DNA of 64,000 bases from Octopus sinensis (GCF_006345805.1 NC_043005.1:36394001-36458000), one strand, 5' to 3'; counted from the stretch's first letter, positions 13,309 to 27,075 are shown. Notes: a model not told the origin generated them from the sequence alone. Numbers and translations: made by a program.

Positions 13309-14693
13309 TTTTGTAATTTTCAAATACGAGACTTTTGCGTTTGTGGTTTTGTGTTTATTATTTAACCCGCAGCTCAGACCTTACTGAGCAGGCATGATGC
13401 GAGACCCAACCTAGCAGCAGTAGCATCACCATCACCACCACCCCACCACCGCCACCACCACCACCGCCACCGCCACCGCCACCACCGACACCCCGCGCCG
13501 CCACCGCCACTACCTAAGATATTCCAATCGACATCATTACGAAATGTGTTCATTATTATTATTATTATTATTATATTATTCAGATCATGAGGTCGGATGG
13601 GGGGGGGTGTTGTTCAATTGTAGGAGATTTTGGCTGCTATTTCTGACAGTACAGTCAAGCCGCCAACTACAGCAGAGGCTTCCACGTTGGTTCTCTGCTG
13701 TTGTTGTTGTCACTGTTGTAGTTGTCACTGTTGTAGTTGTTAGTGTTGTTGTGGTTATTCCTGGTGTCAGTCATGTTTCTGTTACGACTTGTTTCTAACT
13801 GTTGTTATTCGTTGTTGTTTAACAACCCTCTCCTGCTGGACCTAAAAGAGGTTTGATCAGAAGCGCAGCCGGTATATCGGTTTCGTGGTCTACAAGAGCG
13901 AAGGAAATGGCCCACAATTACCCGTCTCGAACCCCTTTCTTTTTACCAATTAAATAAATAAATAAATAAATAAATAAATTACAGATCCCTTGTTATTTAG
14001 TGGGAATGTGCGCAAAAAAAAAGAGACCCTAATCGAATCTTGTCCCGCCTTGTCAAATTTTTCTTCTCCTACTCACCACATCGATTCGGCCCTCTTCAGC
14101 TATAATCAACGGCCATGTCACGTGGGTATGACGATCGGAATGGGGCGATTGGACGTAGTCTCTCCAAGATCCATCCCATTACATATCGTATATGTACACA
14201 CAACTCAACGCTGCACACACCCACTTTCATTGGCTTTTTTGCATGACAGTCTTTTCTCGCCACTACCCAACCACTGCACTTCTGCTGTATGTATATATCT
14301 GGGTGCATATTTTCACACACCACACACCATCCACACACACACACACACACACACACATGCACGCATGCACATTTTGCTGTATATATTCTGCTGGTGCTTC
14401 TTCTTAGTCCGAAGTTAGTGACTTATTAAATGCGCTCTGCATACAATGACACTCGTGTATGTACTTACCTACATACATACATACATACATACATACATAC
14501 ATACATACATACATACATACAAACACACAAACATACATACATACATCTTGCCTGATGATTTGTGAAAGTGTGGGCGAACCTCAGAGAAGCAAGTTATTGA
14601 CTCGACCAAAATACTACTAACCACTACTTTGGTATTGAATTCTCTTTTTTCCAAAAGGCAACTCTAAACGTGTATATATACATGTGTGTGTTC

Positions 14694-14728
<35 letters not shown>

Positions 14729-14879
14729 CGTGTGTGCGTGTGTGTGTATACACATATATGTATAACACACAAACGCACACACATATATATACACACACGC
14801 ACACCCACACACCACACACCCATAGATATAATATGAGACTGTATTATCAAATGAACTTTTTTTTAATGACAGTAGTGTG

Positions 14880-14938
14880 CGATCCATATTTGGGATTTCT
14901 AGCAGGTCGATCCATATTTGGGATTTCTAGCAGGTCGA
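14880..14938. repeat. Perfect 28-bp tandem duplication
   Basis: cgatccatatttgggatttctagcaggt x2, followed by cga. Confidence 0.95.
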
Positions 14939-16370
14939 ACTGATAGCATAAAAGGCCAAAAGAAATACTACAAAACATTCCCCGCTCTCGGACAGGTTCA
15001 TGTTTATCATGTGGCTTAACTCCAGGTTAGCTTTGATTAAGCAGAGCTACAATCGAAAGCGTTCTGGTGTTGCCGACAACCATTATATCTCATTAAACGG
15101 TACTTCATTTTCCACTACCCCTGCTCCAATGATTGTAAAATCAAAGGAGATTTAGCTGCTCTTTCCAATCAGATAAGTAACGATTCAGATCCTAGATTCT
15201 ATGACCCCCTTCATCATCCATACGTATACCTTACAGACCCCTTTTTGCGGCCACAAATGAGCATAATACACAATCTCGCAGCACGGCAGATGCTCTTCTA
15301 CTGTGCTTCTTTCTGTTGATGTGCATCCTAATGCAGTATTTTGAGAGATAAACGGCGGGGTGGTGACTAATGAGGTTATTATTGACTGCTAATAATATGT
15401 TCTTGCGTATTTCTTTCTTTCTTTCTTTCTCATGTTTTATCTCTATTTTTACGTTTAGAATGAGAGCAAAGAAAAACCATCGTAGGTGTTGTTTAAACCC
15501 GGTTATCACTGACTATTATTGGTATTTCACTGTTTAGTCAGAGACGGGTGGCATTCTATCATTCTTCAGTTTTTTTCTGGGCCTGTTTGTTAGATTGGTT
15601 GGAAGAAGGGGCGAAGTTATACACAAACAGGACTGCTGGCCTGGTCCAAACAAATGCCACTAAGTGAGGTCGGAAGGGGTGGAGGTTGGAAATTTGTAAA
15701 AAAACGGGGTGGGGGGATGGATTAAGATTAAATCTTCCATCAAATAACCTCGAGGAGTCGGAAAAAATAACGTTAACCATTTTATTCAGTACTCTGTCAA
15801 CTGCCGTAATCCACCAACCTGGGCCGGTACCACCATTCCAGCGACCTCATTAGCATGTAAAACAAAACTGACATTTGCAGAATTTGAACTCTGAACATCA
15901 GGAACTGAAGCAAATACCGCAAAGCATACACTCAATCATATGCGTTTAAAATGTGACAAAACTTTTATTATTATTATTATCATTATTATTATTTTTGTTT
16001 ACTGTCAGGTATTAGTACTGTATTCTTCGTGCCAATAGACGTGGATAGCCAAGTCGCCCTCTTCTAATCTTCGGCAATAAAACTATTACAGAATGGGAAG
16101 CTGTCTTCATAGACATGTAGTATACACTGTCATATACACTCACACATATTATACAACTCTGCCTACCACTTATACAGCTGTGTTGTAGGTAATTCGATAC
16201 GCACACAAACATGCGCGCACGTATATTTGTGGGTACATCATATCAGCCGTTTAACTATTTCTATCTTGTAAAAGTATAACTACTTTTACCAAAAAGTATT
16301 ACCCTTGGTACATAAAAATAATACGACTAGCTTTCATAGTCTAAGTACACAGATACACACACATACACAC

Positions 16371-16411
<41 letters not shown>

Positions 16412-16433
16412 TGTATTATGTATTATGTATATA

Positions 16434-16809
16434 TTCTTATACTTGTTTCAACCATTCGACTGCGGCGCGGCAATGCTGGAGAACCGCCTTAAAAGGTTTT
16501 AGTCGAACAAATCGCCCCCAGGACTTATTCTTTGTAAGCCTAGTACTTATTCTATCGGATTTTGGCCGATCCGCTAACTTACGGAGCCATAAACACACCA
16601 CCATCGGTTGTCAAGCGATAGCGAGTTGGACAAACACGGATAAACATACATGAATACATACATACATACATACATACATATCCACTCACAAGGTTTCGGT
16701 CGGCTCGTGGCTATAGTAGAAGGCACTTGCTCAAGGTGCCACGCAGTGAGACTGAACCCGAAACTATGTGACTGGTAAGCATGCTTATTACTACACACCC
16801 ACGCCTGCG
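16434..16809 (-). mobile_element. SINE family B, near full length
   Basis: Collinear with 868-1308; internal (CATA)n; head cgcaggcgtgggtgtgtagtaa on the minus strand. Confidence 0.9.
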
Positions 16810-16896
16810 TAAATTGTTACCTGACACTCCCTTGTACCCCTTGCGCAAAACCGGTTAGTAAGACCGACCGTGATGGATATATAATACTCTACACTT

Positions 16897-16948
<52 letters not shown>

Positions 16949-16949
<1 letters not shown>

Positions 16950-17225
16950 TCACCGTGATCACCATGACCGACCAGGCTATCAGATGTTGCTACACATCGC
17001 TGGTCACAATGCGCTTTGCATTGTTTTAGCCTTCAAATGACGCCACCCCGCTGGCTAAGCGAGCAGGTCAACAGAAGAAAGAGTGAGAGAAAGTTGCGGC
17101 GAAAGAGAACAGCAGGGATCGCCACGACCCCCTACCGGAGCCTCGTGGAGTTTCAGGTGTTTTCGCTCAATAAACACCGCGATCCTACAACCGCGAGTCC
17201 GCTACCCTAACCACTGGCCATACCA
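16949..17225 (-). mobile_element. SINE family C, tail variant 2 (B-box region deleted)
   Basis: Minus strand reads tggccagtggttagggtagcggactcgcgg..gatcgcggt, then gtttattgagcgaaaacacc...ctttctctcactctttc (shared with 35077 and 46378), then a distinct tail ending gcctggtcggtcatggtgatcacggtgag before (TA)n. Confidence 0.85.
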
Positions 17226-17264
17226 TACATACATAATATATATATATATATATATATTATATAT

Positions 17265-17295
<31 letters not shown>

Positions 17296-17672
17296 TGTGT
17301 GTGTGTGTGTGTATGTGTGTGTGTCCTTGAATATCGGGAAAAATAGTACTCGATACCGTAGTACAGATTTAGTATTTTATTTTGATTGTGTCAGTCTGTT
17401 GCTACTTTGGGTTTCATCTGTTCTAACGTGTCTGAAGAAACTTTGCCACCAACATGCAAAGCTGAGAGGAGGAAGATTCCGACTCAACGAGATATGAAAG
17501 AAGAAATCTCTACCACGGTTCTTTTTAAGTGTTCTTTTCCGAAAGTCAACACTAAACACACACTCACACACATATGTATGTATGTATGTATCTGTACATG
17601 ATCATACGTTGTAATGAGCTTACCGTATAATACTCAATACCCATATAAATATATATTATTATAATCTATATA

Positions 17673-17721
<49 letters not shown>

Positions 17722-17724
<3 letters not shown>

Positions 17725-17902
17725 GCGATTTTTTTCCTCTGTCCTCCCGTCTCGGGATCTTTCCTTCTCCTATGTTTCCGACGAAGAGATCCGCTCGAAA
17801 CGTCAAAACCCCCTTCTTCCCTTCTTCCTGAGCGTCCAATAATACTTTATTTGTTCCACATCCTTGCGTTGTTGTCTTTTTGTTTTCTTGTTTGGATTAA
17901 CT
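17722..17902 (+). mobile_element. Penelope-like element terminal-repeat fragment carrying a hammerhead motif
   Basis: Pyrimidine-rich ~180-bp insert between TA tracts containing a CYGACGA-A-stem-GAAACGTC motif. Minimal hammerheads with an extra A after A9 and a palindromic ACGU stem III are characteristic of Penelope-like elements (established knowledge). No RT or GIY-YIG ORF is present. Confidence 0.7.
17774..17809 (+). ncRNA. Minimal type I hammerhead ribozyme motif, probably decayed
   Basis: gttt (stem I) CCGACGA A gag-atccg-ctc (stem II) GAAA cg UC (ACGU palindrome, GUC cleavage triplet ending at 17804) aaaac (stem I'). Position U4 of the CUGANGA core is C here. Confidence 0.7.
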
Positions 17903-18098
17903 TATACATATTATATTATAATATATATATATTCTACAGAAATAAAGGAAGTTTCGAACGCAGGATGGCTGTGCAGACAGCTTAGAATATAGGGGTAAAT
18001 ACATTTTAGAAGAACGAAAAAGGGCCCCAGCAAACATTTACTGAGAATACCGACTCACAGGGCGCTTATAAGTTTTACAAATACTCTCAAACAATAAT

Positions 18099-18132
<34 letters not shown>

Positions 18133-18958
18133 TATATAATATAATATATATATATATACATACATACATACATACAATGTGTGTGTGTTGTTGTATGTAT
18201 GTATGTATGTATGTATGTATGTATGTATGTATGTATGTATATAACTATTCAGCGGGAAAGTTACTCGCATTCACTGAGTATATCTTGGTGTACATAATGG
18301 CCAATACGACCTCTTATCATCTCTGTACGTGTCTTTTTATTTTTAAATTAGAAAAAGGGGATTTGCTTTTGAAGGAGATTTGACTACCATTTCCAGCCTA
18401 ACAACCATTTAGCGAACAAAATTCCCTATCGTCGTTGGCACGTGCTATTGTAGTAATAGTAGTAGTGGTGGTGGTAATGGTGGAGGTGATAATGATGGTG
18501 GCGGTTTAGGCGTTGTTGCATGTGTGTCTGTGTGTTTGGTTGGGTGACTGCACGTGTAAAAATATACCATGAGAAGCTGCAAACTATGACCCACGCATCT
18601 CCAAGCGTAGAACTAAAACATGTATATGGTGAAACGTTGAAAATGTTTTGGTAGAAGCCGTGGGGTGTGTGTGTGTGTGTGCGAGGGATGGGTTGACTAC
18701 GGGCCAACCTTCATTGGGTAGACCTCCTCGTGAATAAACACATTACAGCTTTACTTAATCACACACACACATACACACACACACACACACACAAAACTCT
18801 CTCTCTCTTTTTCTCTGTTTGTGTCTCTCTCTTTCTCTGTCAAACCCTTGCTCTTTCTCACATAACTGTTCACTCTTTCATACACATATGTATGCATATG
18901 CACAGAAATGCAGAAGTATATGTATATCTAGATACATATATATAGTATGTTTCTATAA

Positions 18959-19014
<56 letters not shown>

Positions 19015-19145
19015 CGGCAAAAGAGACCGATAGAACAAGTATGGGCTTACAAAGAATAAGTCCCGGGGTCGAGTTGCTCGACTAAAGGCGGTGCTCCAGC
19101 ATGGCCGCAGTCAACTGACTGAAACAAGTAAAAGAGTAAAAGAGA
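19015..19145 (+). mobile_element. SINE family B, 3' module only
   Basis: cggcaaaagagaccgatagaacaagt...gggtcgagttgctcgactaaaggcggtgctccagcatggccgcagtc...aagtaaaagagtaaaag. Confidence 0.85.
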
Positions 19146-20070
19146 GTACATGTGTGAGCTTTAGTACTTACGTTCTTTACTTCTGATGATAAATGATATA
19201 TATATATATACATGTATGTATGTTTATATGCGCATATGTGTGTGTGCGTGAATATATGTATGTTTATATACTTATATGTAATAATGAGCCTTTTGTACAA
19301 TACTCAGGTGCACCAAATATATATACGTATATATAGATGTATGCGTATATATATGTCTTTCTATATGCATATGTATATATAAAAATACGCACGTATATAC
19401 TAACGCATACATTTCGCCGCGCACCTGCATATATATATATGCACGTACACAGACATATACACACATACACACTCACACACACACACGCATATCATTTATT
19501 ATTAAGATGGTGGGGCTTTCATGCATGTGAGATTTAGTTGCTATTTCTAGCATATTGGACAACCTCTTACAGTTTGCCTCGAAATTTCGTTACTGAAGGA
19601 CCAAAACTACCAACAACTGTGTTCCAGTTATGGCCTTCTCATCTCTCCATGTTTCCGACACTATTTATCAATCACCGCAGTTTCAAAAGCTGTTGCCACT
19701 CGTTTACTTAAGACTTTCTGTTACAATATGACAGATTTAACTGCTATTTCTAACAACCGAAGTGTCCACACAAAGCCCCGATGCTGCATAATCGAAGTCA
19801 TCTCACTTGTGTCTATCCCGTCTTTATTGTATATCTAGGACTTACATTACTATCATTTTTAATGTGGCCTTCGTTTTTACACACAGTAGGAATGCAATTT
19901 GAGATAGATTCTGGCTGCTATTTCAAGGATATTGCTTGTCCATATACTGACACTCTATTGTTTTTGTATTGTCAGTTCTGATATGTTGCAATTGATGTTC
20001 TTATGCTGATTCGGGTGATTAAAGTTGTTGTTTATGCTGTAGTAGTAGTAGTAGTAGTAGCAGTAGTAGC

Positions 20071-20108
<38 letters not shown>

Positions 20109-20788
20109 GTGTTGTTACTGCTGCTGCTGTTGAAATATTTTACGTTCACCAAATATCTAAATTCGTTAAAGAATGATGTAATTTCATTAGCGGGATACGT
20201 GTATATATATATATATATATAGTAAATAGGTATATATAAATATGTGTGTGTGTGGTGTGTGTGTGTGCGTTTATCGGCGGCGAGTGTGTATACATGTCTG
20301 TGTAAGAATAAATGCGAATGTGCGTGCGTGAGTGTGTGTATATGTGAGTGTCTATGCGTGTTTGTGTTGGTATAGATGTGAAAGTGAGTGTGTATGTGTG
20401 TGTGAGTGTGTGTGTATCTGCGAGTGTATATATGTGTTTGTGTACGTGTTGATGTGTATGTTTGTGTGTATGTATCTGCGAATGGCTATATGTGTGTTTG
20501 TGTACGTGTATTTGTGAATGGGTGTGCTTGCGTGTGAGTTTGTGTCTGTGGCAGTCTGTATGTACGTATGTATGTATTCTTATATGGGAGTGTGGACGTG
20601 GATGCGAAAGACAGTCGATGCATGTGAAGGTACATGTGTTTGTATGCGGTACATGTGTGAATGTGTGCGTTTGTATGTAGGTCTGTACGTGTGTGCGAGT
20701 CTACATGTGTGTTGGTGTACGTATGGATGTGTGTGTATGTTTATACTCTTACGAAGGTGCTCGTATGTGAAACACTATATGAGTGTGT

Positions 20789-20833
<45 letters not shown>

Positions 20834-21473
20834 TATGTGTGTATGTGTGTTGGGGGTGTAGGGGTGTGCGTGTGCGTGTTCCTATAACTATTTGCTGCCA
20901 CAAAGACTGGTTATAAAGGGAGAAAGAACGAGATAGATAGAAAGATAAAGAGATCGATAGAGGGGGAAGAGGGAGAGGGAAATGCGGCGAGGGTGTGTGT
21001 GAGCGAGTGTGGAGAGAAGGGGAGGGAGGGAGGGAGGGAGAAGCGGACTTGAAGTCGGATCGAATTGGATCAAATCGGGTAAATAGAGTAGGTCAGAAGA
21101 CAGGGTAGGTTGAGGGTAGGATAACATGTCTTTGCTTCCACCCTTCTCTCTCTCTCACTCTCTCTCTCTCTCATTGGTCCTTGCTCCCATTGCGTACATA
21201 CATATGTACATACATACATGCATACATATACATACATACATACATACACAGATACATACATACATACATACACAGATACATACATACACATATATATACA
21301 TACATACACGCACCTACGTATATATATATATATATATAGATGTATATGTATGTGTGTGTAAGTGTGTGTGCGTCCATACATATATATATATGTATATATA
21401 TGGAAGTCTATGTATGCATGCGATTTTGGGTAAGTGTATCTAAATAAACGCGATGGTTTGTGTGTTTGAATAT

Positions 21474-21511
<38 letters not shown>

Positions 21512-21656
21512 AAGACAGAGAAGGAGGGAGAAAGAGAGAGAAAACATGAGCGTATTCATATATGTATGTACTTATTAAGTATATAAGATGTGTTTGCTTT
21601 TGTGTATGTACATGGGCGCACATTTGTTTGTAAGGACACAAATGCGGATGTGTGTG

Positions 21657-21725
<69 letters not shown>

Positions 21726-21742
21726 ATATATATAATATATAT

Positions 21743-21794
<52 letters not shown>

Positions 21795-22885
21795 ATATAT
21801 ACATATATTCATGTATACAAGTACGTATATATGAATGTATGTATGTATGTGTTCGTTATATAGTGAAAGAGAGAGTATGGTTGGATGAGAGGCAGATAAA
21901 AATGAGGTTGTGTTACGGTGCCGTACTTTGTTTTATGCATGGTCATACAGTGTCCCCTTACTATCTTGCGCCCTGTAAATCTCTCTTGTACTCCCCACCG
22001 TGTTGCCACCACTACAACGCAACACTAACACCTCATCACACTGCATCCTATCCCCCACCCCCACAAACACCGTAACAGAGTACAGTACTGTACTCAATAG
22101 AGTACACTACCTCCCATCACGCTGAAGCACATACAACCCTCCCCCCCGATTACCCTGTGCTACACAACACACACACACATCACAACATTGCACTACTCCA
22201 CACTAAACCGCACCTCACAACACCTCACTGCGCCACACCTCACGTAGTACACTATATATTACACCACACAACACCACCACCCAACTTCACACTACGCCAC
22301 ATCATATTGTTCTACATCAACCCCACCACACACACCGTCACATACACACCATCACACCAGCTTTTTATTTAAATGTTCATTGTGATTCCTTCCTCTGCCT
22401 CCCCTTCCTACTCCTGCTCCTCCACCACCGCCGCCGCCGCCGCCGCCGCCGCTACCGCCTCCTCCTCCTCCTGCTCCTCTCACTCATTGTTACAGATCGA
22501 TCGATAGATTGATTAAAGTTTTTTCGGTTATGTAAGCAGCACACTTGTAGCAATAACTACCGAGGGAGCAATAACAACCACAACCACAACCACAACAACA
22601 ATAACAACGACGACAACCACATCACCACCACCACCACCACCACCACCACCACCACTACCATCACCACCACCGCCACCGTCACCACCGCCACCATCGTCAA
22701 CGGGCAACCAACGAGGGAGAACCTCTAGATGGTATTTGGAATATTAGAAATAGCAGTAAAAATCTTACTCAAATCACATCCGATCATCATTTTGATGGCA
22801 GAGAGAGAATAATCGATGGAGTGTAGCCGCAGTCGTACACAAAATTAGCAATGCTTCCTTTGTAAATAAAATTAAACAATATACG

Positions 22886-23055
22886 CGCGTAGGTATGGCT
22901 CGGTGGTAAAGAAGTTTGCTTCGCGGTCATGTCGTGCGGAGTTCAGTCTCCTTACCCAGCACTTTAGGCAAGTTTTTCTACTACAGTTTCAGGTTTAGCA
23001 GTGTCATGTGCATAGCATTTGCTAGACGGAAACTTTGAGGGAAATCTAATGTCGG
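22886..23055 (+). mobile_element. SINE family B, degenerate 5' module
   Basis: ggtatggctcggtggtaaagaagtttgcttc...cactttaggcaagtttttctactac...agacggaaact, followed by (TG)n. Confidence 0.65.
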
Positions 23056-23078
23056 TATGTGTCAATATGTGTGTGTGT

Positions 23079-23112
<34 letters not shown>

Positions 23113-23378
23113 TGTGAGTGTGTGTGTGTGTGTTTGTGTGAGTGTGTGTGTGTGCGCGTGTGTGTGTGTGTGTGTGCGTGTATACACACATGCATAGGTG
23201 TGTTTGTATACTTCTGTTTAAAGTCGGATTTCATGACTCATCACTTAGCGGTGTGATATAATGAAGTCAGTAAAATAAAACAAGACAATAATAATTTTCA
23301 CGGGGGCCTGCATGTTTTGGTTGCAGTGGTTAGCTGCTTGCATTAACTCCAGTACTTAATAATAATAGTAATAATAAC

Positions 23379-23420
<42 letters not shown>

Positions 23421-23443
23421 TATAACAATAACAATAATAATAA

Positions 23444-23851
23444 ATGCCCTGATGCAGTACTAGACAGTGACTTCTGATCTTAACTGAATGGAAGTGTTAT
23501 TATATAAATTGTTTTGTCTTGGTATAAAAGATGGGCTACAGCAAATATTCTACTTAATACCACAGACTTGCTTGTAAGTTGTTTGACCTTAACCAGTTGA
23601 GCATGTCCTCTGGTGGATGACGATATGTACATCTCTGATCACGAGCAGTAGTGGTGAGCATCATAGCCATGTGTTGAGAGGAATTTTGATAGGGGGGTTG
23701 AATAATTCACCCTTGGAAACATGTCGCGCACATATGGTTGTGATGCATGTGCCTGGCATAACCTTATCAGACGGGCATTTATGATGGGTATACTGGGCTT
23801 TGTATATTTAACCCCTGTGTCACTTTGATGGCATGCACTGATCTCTCACTC
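23444..23851 (+). mobile_element. (AAT)n-embedded non-LTR-type element, copy 1 (138-bp internal deletion)
   Basis: Starts atgccctgatgcagtac and ends ctctcactc + (AAT)n. Aligns to copy 2 except for the segment between the two CATG sites. Confidence 0.8.
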
Positions 23852-23861
23852 AATAATAATA

Positions 23862-23906
<45 letters not shown>

Positions 23907-23909
23907 TAA

Positions 23910-24340
23910 CCACAGATTTGCTTGTCAGTTGTTTGACCATAACCAGTTGAGCATGTCCCTTAGTGGCTGACGATATGTGCATCTCTGATCACGAGCAGAA
24001 GTTGTGGGGGAGCATCATAGCCATGTGTTGAGAGGGATTCTTTGGGGTTTGAATAATTCACCTCTGGAAACATGGGTGGTTCTTTCAACATCCTTAAACA
24101 ATCCTTATTCAGGGACCTTTTGAGCGGTATGGGCTACTCAACCTGAAGAAAATTCTAACTGGGCCCCACCTGCAAGGTCATGTGCTGCTTATCTTGATAT
24201 AAGATCACCATGTCGCGCACATATGGTTGTGATACATGTGCCTGGTGTACCTTTATCAAACGGGTAGTCATGATGGGTATATTGGGCTTCGTATATTTTA
24301 CCCCAGTGTCACTTTGATGGCATGCACTGCTCTCTCACTC
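23910..24340 (+). mobile_element. (AAT)n-embedded non-LTR-type element, copy 2 (5'-truncated)
   Basis: Begins mid-element (ccacagatttgcttgtc) directly after the (AAT)n tail of copy 1. Same 3' end ctctctcactc + (AAT)n. Confidence 0.8.
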
Positions 24341-24367
24341 AATAATAATAATAATAATAATGTTTTG

Positions 24368-25059
24368 TTTCAAATTCTGGCATAAGACCTGCAATTTCGA
24401 GTCTGTTACATCGGCCCCTTCATTTTATTGATCTCGGAAGGATGAAAGGCTAAGACGACCTCCATGGAATTTGAATTCAGAACATAGAAACGGGCGATAA
24501 GGATTCTACCGGCGATTATGATTACCGGCACAGTAATGATTCTACCAGCTCACGGATTTAATTATAATAATAATGGTTTCAAACTTTGGCAGAAGGTCAG
24601 TATTTCCGGATAAGTGGCTACGTTGATTACATCGACTCCAGTGTTCAACTGGTACTTATTTCACTAATTCAGAAAAGATGCAAGGAAAAGTTGATCGGCA
24701 ATCCTTTCAACAATAGACGCAAGGCTGAAATTTCGGGGCGAGAAGCCAAGTCGATTACATTGCCCCTAGTGATCAACCGGTGCTTATTTTATCGATCCCG
24801 AAAGGATGAAAGGCAAAGTGGACCTCAGCGGAACTTGAACTCCGAACGCAAAGATGCATGAAATGCCGCGAAGCATTTTGCCTGGCGTGCAAACGATTCC
24901 GTCAGTTGGCCACCTTCATAACAATAATATTAATAATACTTTCTACTATAGGCACAAGGCGTGGAGTTTGGGGTTAAGGGAATTAGTCGATTACATCGAC
25001 CCCAGTGTTTTACTGGTACTTCGATCCCGAAAGGATGAAAGGCAAAGTCGACTTCGCTG

Positions 25060-25093
<34 letters not shown>

Positions 25094-25285
25094 CTGACTT
25101 AGGTATAAGGCCACCAATATTTCTTCGGGGAAAGGGTTAGTTGATACCATCGACGCTATGACATGACTGGTATTTCCTTTTACTGACACCGGAAGAATAA
25201 AAAGCAATGTTGACTCCGGCCGGAATTGAACTTAGAATGTAAAGAGCTGGACGAAATACCGCAAAGCATGTGCCTTGACTCGCTA
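24368..25285 (-). mobile_element. Head-to-tail cluster of ~5 family A SINE copies or fragments
   Basis: Repeated ggatgaaaggcaaagtcgac / ttgaactcagaac (reverse complement of the family A core), interleaved with (AAT)n runs; all on the minus strand. Confidence 0.85.
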
Positions 25286-26914
25286 ACACATAAACATATC
25301 AACCAATTACTACTAACACAGGCAACATATATACGCTAAGAACAGCAAAACCTCCACCACCACCACCATCGTGGTCTGTGTGTGCGCGTGCGCGTGCGTG
25401 TGTATGTGTGTATGTGTGTGTGAAAATACGACAGAAGAACGGTATTGTGTGAAAACAAAGTGAATCCGCCCCAGCTGTGTCTCAAATTCTGTAACTTCAC
25501 ATATAACCACGTTGTGTAGTCAACCATTTGTAGTTTCATGGTACGAGGCACCTTCAGAAAGTGTCATTTTTAAAGATGGCCTCGGGCTGGCCAAATTAGA
25601 TAGACAGAAAAAGAAAATGTTGTAACCGTTTGGAAACTCAGTAGATAAGTTATAACTGTAATTCAACGGATAATCTCGCCATGCACTACATCACGATGGT
25701 TCTTCCACAGAATTACGTTAAGGTTACTCGTATCTGTGGAATGCTCAGCCGTTTAGATTATATAGTATAATGAGAACGCCGTTCCCTTGGCCAAAAATTT
25801 GAAACACTCATCGTAGACATGTGAAACACTTCATCATATACATATATACACACATGCGTACACACGTATGCGCATATATGTATATGGATATTCCTACTTA
25901 AAAAACAAGAAGACCCAAATTCTATGAGAAAGTACTCAATACATACAGTAGAGTAAATACATTTTAATACAAACGGAAATGTAATATATTTAAATTATAT
26001 ACTACAGGGAAATAAGGATCCTCAGTCATGCTTGCTTCTCTTTAGAATTGGTCCGACTGATTCTGAAGAGAAGGAAATGGAACTGGCATTATAACTGTCA
26101 ATACATACATACACACATGCAGTCATATATATGTGCGTGTGTATGCGTTGTTAGAGCTCTAAATTTGTAAATGCATAAGTATATATGCGTATATCTGCCT
26201 ATATATGTGTGTGTATAGAAGTGCATATAGGTATTATATAAACACTTGCATTTACATATATACACATACATGCATATATAGATACACAGGCACACTCATA
26301 ATACATACATACTTAAACACATGCATACATACATGCATACATGCATATATACTATATATATACTATATGTTTGTACATAGTTCTATTTCAAATTCTGCCT
26401 CCAAGTGAAATCGAAGCATTTGTAGAGGACATGAATGGTATCATATCCAAGTAATTTAGGGGTTTGAAGACCTTCGATTGATTGAGATTACTGGCCAAAA
26501 ACTTCCTCTAAAATCAAGACAACAATAGTCGAGGTGGGTAACTCTGATTAGTTCGACTGACTGAAATTTTGGGAAAACAATTTCTACCGACTACGTTGTT
26601 ATTGAGGAAATGAATCATGGGAGAACGTTGGAACTTAAGCGTCTTTCCACAACCAAGCTCAAGATTTTGTTTTACAGTATTTGCTGTCTTAAACAGTCCA
26701 TCAAGCTACAGACTGTTCCTCCTCCCGCAGTCATCTTCGTGTGCGTGCATGTCTGTGTACACCTTTCGCTTAAAAAAAAAAAGTATGTAGGTGAATGAGC
26801 AGTCAATAGTTTTATATTAATTTTCTTGAATCCCAGGACACATAAGCGCGGTTAAATTAAGAAAATCATAACATTGGAAACTAGCAATCTTGATAGGAAG
26901 AGACAAGTTCATAA

Positions 26915-27075
26915 CACAGACCCCAGTACTTGACTAATACTTAAATTTATCGACCCAAAGGGATAAAAGGCAAATTTGGCCTATGCAGGATTTGAACTCA
27001 GAACGTAAAGAGCCGAGTGTAATGTAGCTAAGCACTTTTGGCCCGATGTTCTGACGATTCTGCCAGCTCACCGAT
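26915..27075 (-). mobile_element. SINE family A copy
   Basis: accccagtacttgactaatac...atcgacccaaagggataaaaggcaaa...gatttgaactcagaacgtaaagagc...gattctgccagctcacc. Confidence 0.85.
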
